This document shows, in pieces, positions 61,869-64,000 of a stretch of 64,000 bases of DNA (position 1 is its first letter; every line of letters starts with the position of its first letter). The DNA is from Candidatus Omnitrophota bacterium (GTDB lineage Bacteria; Omnitrophota; Omnitrophia; Omnitrophales; Aquincolibacteriaceae), in assembly GCA_043732705.1 (NCBI GenBank), contig JAYTHE010000003.1, positions 10,352-74,351 of the forward strand, read 5' to 3'. The position numbers were made by a program, and so were the translations under genes. Under the pieces are notes generated by a model. That model was not told where the DNA came from and made no database searches. It worked only from the letters and a program-made list of their open reading frames with translations.

Positions 61869-61910
61869 CCTCTGTTTTTCGTTAGCGCTGGGAGAAATCC
61901 AAAGCTAAAA

Positions 61911-62714
61911 TTAAGAAATCAAAAGTGAAAAATCGTGCACAGGAACAGAATGCGTGAGGGCGCCGATCGAAATTAAATCTACACCCGCAAGAGCATAGCT
62001 GCGGACGGTTTTCAGCGTCATATTGCCGGAAGCTTCAAGCAATGTAATAGCGCTGATCTGATTACGGACTTGTACAGCCTTCTTGGCCTGAGCGGGGGTA
62101 AAGTGATCAAGCATGACTACTTCCGCGCCCAAATCGAATGCTTCAACTAGCTCGTCAAAATCACGGACTTCGATTTCAAAGCGGCCGCTCAGTTTCCGCA
62201 AATCACCGAAGCGGCGATGATTTTCTTTCACTAATATATAGTCAAAAAGCCCGAAGCGGTGATTGAATGCCCCGCCCGCAATAACAGCGGCTTTTTCAAG
62301 CTCGCGCCAAAGCGGTGTGGTTTTACGCGTATCTAAAATTTTGCAGCGCGTCCCGCGCATTTCTTTTACGAATTGCGCGGTTTGCGTAGCAATCCCCGAA
62401 AGATGGCCGATTAAGTTCAATAAAACACGCTCGGCTTTGAGAATGGCTTGGATTTTTCCGGAAAGCCGTATGACAGGCTGATTTTTTTTGAGCACGCCGC
62501 CTTCTTTCACAAGAAAACTAATTTTAACGCCGATCAATTTACAAACAGCTTTTGCCGCCTCCGATCCGGAAAAAACTCCGGAAGATTTTGAAATAATTTT
62601 GGCATTTCCGGATGCAGTACGCGAAATCAACAAATTGGAAGTAATGTCTCCTGCGCCGATATCTTCATGCAGCGCGCGGCGGATAGAATCAAGCGTGGCT
62701 TTTGAAAGCTTCAT
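61911..62714 (-). CDS. nadC: Nicotinate-nucleotide pyrophosphorylase (quinolinate phosphoribosyltransferase).
   Basis: …DIGAGDITS…, CKILDTRKTTPLWRELEKAAVIAGGAFNHRFGLFDYILVKENH…, a classic QPRTase. Confidence 0.9.
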   Translation of the reverse strand: MKLSKATLDSIRRALHEDIGAGDITSNLLISRTASGNAKIISKSSGVFSGSEAAKAVCKLIGVKISFLVKEGGVLKKNQPVIRLSGKIQAILKAERVLLNLIGHLSGIATQTAQFVKEMRGTRCKILDTRKTTPLWRELEKAAVIAGGAFNHRFGLFDYILVKENHRRFGDLRKLSGRFEIEVRDFDELVEAFDLGAEVVMLDHFTPAQAKKAVQVRNQISAITLLEASGNMTLKTVRSYALAGVDLISIGALTHSVPVHDFSLLIS

Positions 62715-62720
62715 GGCTTG

Positions 62721-64000
62721 CTACTTAATCTTTGCGAGCTGTTCTTGGCAAGAAATAAAAAGTTTTCCGGCATCTTCGAGTTTAGCTTTTTCGCCGTCAA
62801 TGACTTGCTTCGGCGCGCGTGCTACAAAGTTTTCATTCGAAAGTTTTTTTGACATCGTTTCAATCCACGGCTTGAGTTCAGCGATTTTCTTTTCGAGTTT
62901 CTTTTTTTCTTCTGCTGGGTCAACCAAGCCCGTAGTTGAAACTAGCACGTCAAAATCCGCGTAAGGCACAACGGAGTAACCATCTTGATTCGAAAAAGAC
63001 GCCACCACTTCTAATTTTTCAAGCTTGGCTAAGGAGCAAATTTGGGAACTTAGCCCGCTTAAGATCGCTGCCTTGCCTTTTTCTTTGGCATGAACCACCG
63101 CAGCCATTTTTTGGGAAGGCGGAGCCCCGATACGCACGCGGATATCTCTTAGTCCCGCAACCGATCTCTGCAAAATATCCATTTCGCTTTCAGCTTTTTC
63201 ATCTGTAAAAACGCAAACCCTGTACACATCGGATGTGTCACCCTGCACACATCCGATGTGTACAGGGTTTGCAGCCCAACCAACATGCATGATGGTTTCC
63301 GGCCATTGATCTTTATCCTTAGCGAGATCGCGAAAACGCTGCCAAATCTCTTCGGTTGTAAAAGGCATAAATGGATGTAAAAGTCTCAAAATTTTTTCAA
63401 GCACATAAAATAAAACCGCTTGCGTGTCTTTCTTGGTCGCTTCATTTTGCAGATAGGGTTTCGCAAGTTCGATAAACCAATCGCAGAAATCATTCCATAC
63501 AAAATGATAAAGCTCGGTGGAGGCCTGGCTTAAGCCAAATTGCTCCAATTCTTTTTCGATCAATTTTATTTTCTTTTCTAAGGTAGAAAGAATCCAACGA
63601 TGCGCTACGGGCAGCTTTTTAATATCCAAATGAAGTTCCGATGACCCGTCTGTAAAACCTTCCAACCCCATTAAAACGAAACGCGATGCATTCCAAAGTT
63701 TGTTCGTGAAATTACGACCAACTTCAAATTTTTCGCGGGAAAGATAAACATCCTGTGCCGAAAGCATGACAAGCGACCAGCGCAAAGCGTCCGCGCCCAT
63801 CTCTTCGATGATTTCCAGCGGATCAATGGAATTCCCGAGCGACTTCGACATTTTACGGCCCTGATCATCGCGCACGGTACCATGTAGATAAATACGGTTA
63901 AACGGTACTTCTCCCAAAAATTCACAGCCCGCCATAATCATGCGCGCGACCCAGAAAAAAATAATCTCCGGTGCCGTGATTAAATCTGATCCGGGATAAA
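62721..64000 (-). CDS. valS: Valyl-tRNA synthetase, C-terminal part. The N-terminus runs off the window end.
   Basis: The KMSKS loop (RKMSKSLGNSIDP) and the C-terminal coiled-coil tail are present. The frame stays open upstream of the annotated Met and reads …EIIFFWVARMIMAG, the class-I anticodon-binding motif. An in-frame palindromic element insertion is visible at 63215..63270. Confidence 0.9.
   Translation of the reverse strand, partial: YPGSDLITAPEIIFFWVARMIMAGCEFLGEVPFNRIYLHGTVRDDQGRKMSKSLGNSIDPLEIIEEMGADALRWSLVMLSAQDVYLSREKFEVGRNFTNKLWNASRFVLMGLEGFTDGSSELHLDIKKLPVAHRWILSTLEKKIKLIEKELEQFGLSQASTELYHFVWNDFCDWFIELAKPYLQNEATKKDTQAVLFYVLEKILRLLHPFMPFTTEEIWQRFRDLAKDKDQWPETIMHVGWAANPVHIGCVQGDTSDVYRVCVFTDEKAESEMDILQRSVAGLRDIRVRIGAPPSQKMAAVVHAKEKGKAAILSGLSSQICSLAKLEKLEVVASFSNQDGYSVVPYADFDVLVSTTGLVDPAEEKKKLEKKIAELKPWIETMSKKLSNENFVARAPKQVIDGEKAKLEDAGKLFISCQEQLAKIK
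63215..63270. repeat. Family-B palindromic element inserted in-frame within valS.
   Basis: aaaccctgtacacatcggatgtg … cacatccgatgtgtacagggttt, perfect 23-bp arms. It translates as …ANPVHIGCVQGDTSDVYRVCVFT… inside the ValRS C-terminal region. Confidence 0.75.

Overview
This window looks like a bacterial chromosome segment, with most genes on the minus strand. Three giant ORFs dominate it: 13.8 kb (3019..16791, 4590 aa), 10.1 kb (22983..33083, 3366 aa) and 13.7 kb (34922..48601, 4559 aa). They occupy about 59% of the window. All three start with a signal-peptide-like N-terminus and share a paralogous N-terminal module of about 500-600 aa, with conserved motifs 'hIQ(D/N)AH...EAQ...hhEG..GE' and 'GGFH(T/S)(D/P)G'. 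Beyond that module each protein carries different enzyme-like domains. Protein 1 has an HExxH motif, a class-I SAM methyltransferase motif, a CheY-like receiver domain and transmembrane helices. Protein 3 has a PPP-type metallophosphatase domain plus a PEP-utilizing phosphotransferase module (swivel-His domain and PPDK_N ATP-grasp). Protein 2 has a Pro-rich region, a coiled coil and clustered transmembrane helices. The pentapeptide R-S-E-x-R (nucleotide core CGCTCCGAAnnnCG) recurs about 33 times across the three giants, far more than chance predicts. The giant genes and their surroundings also carry at least three families of short palindromic, MITE/REP-like elements, several of them inserted in-frame into coding sequence, including the valS gene. 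The flanking genes are ordinary housekeeping and transport functions: ppx/gppA, a ROK kinase, ppa, a RluA-family pseudouridine synthase, typA, a DEAD-box helicase, an FAD monooxygenase, a PAS-PP2C phosphatase, a rhodanese, an amino-acid ABC transporter, feoAB, a LemA-TPM-TPM operon, tRNA-Met, uvrB, nadC and valS. I found no CRISPR array, cas genes, transposase or integrase. Giant secreted multi-enzyme ORFs of this kind are reminiscent of those reported in candidate phyla such as Omnitrophota, but the taxon cannot be determined from this sequence alone.
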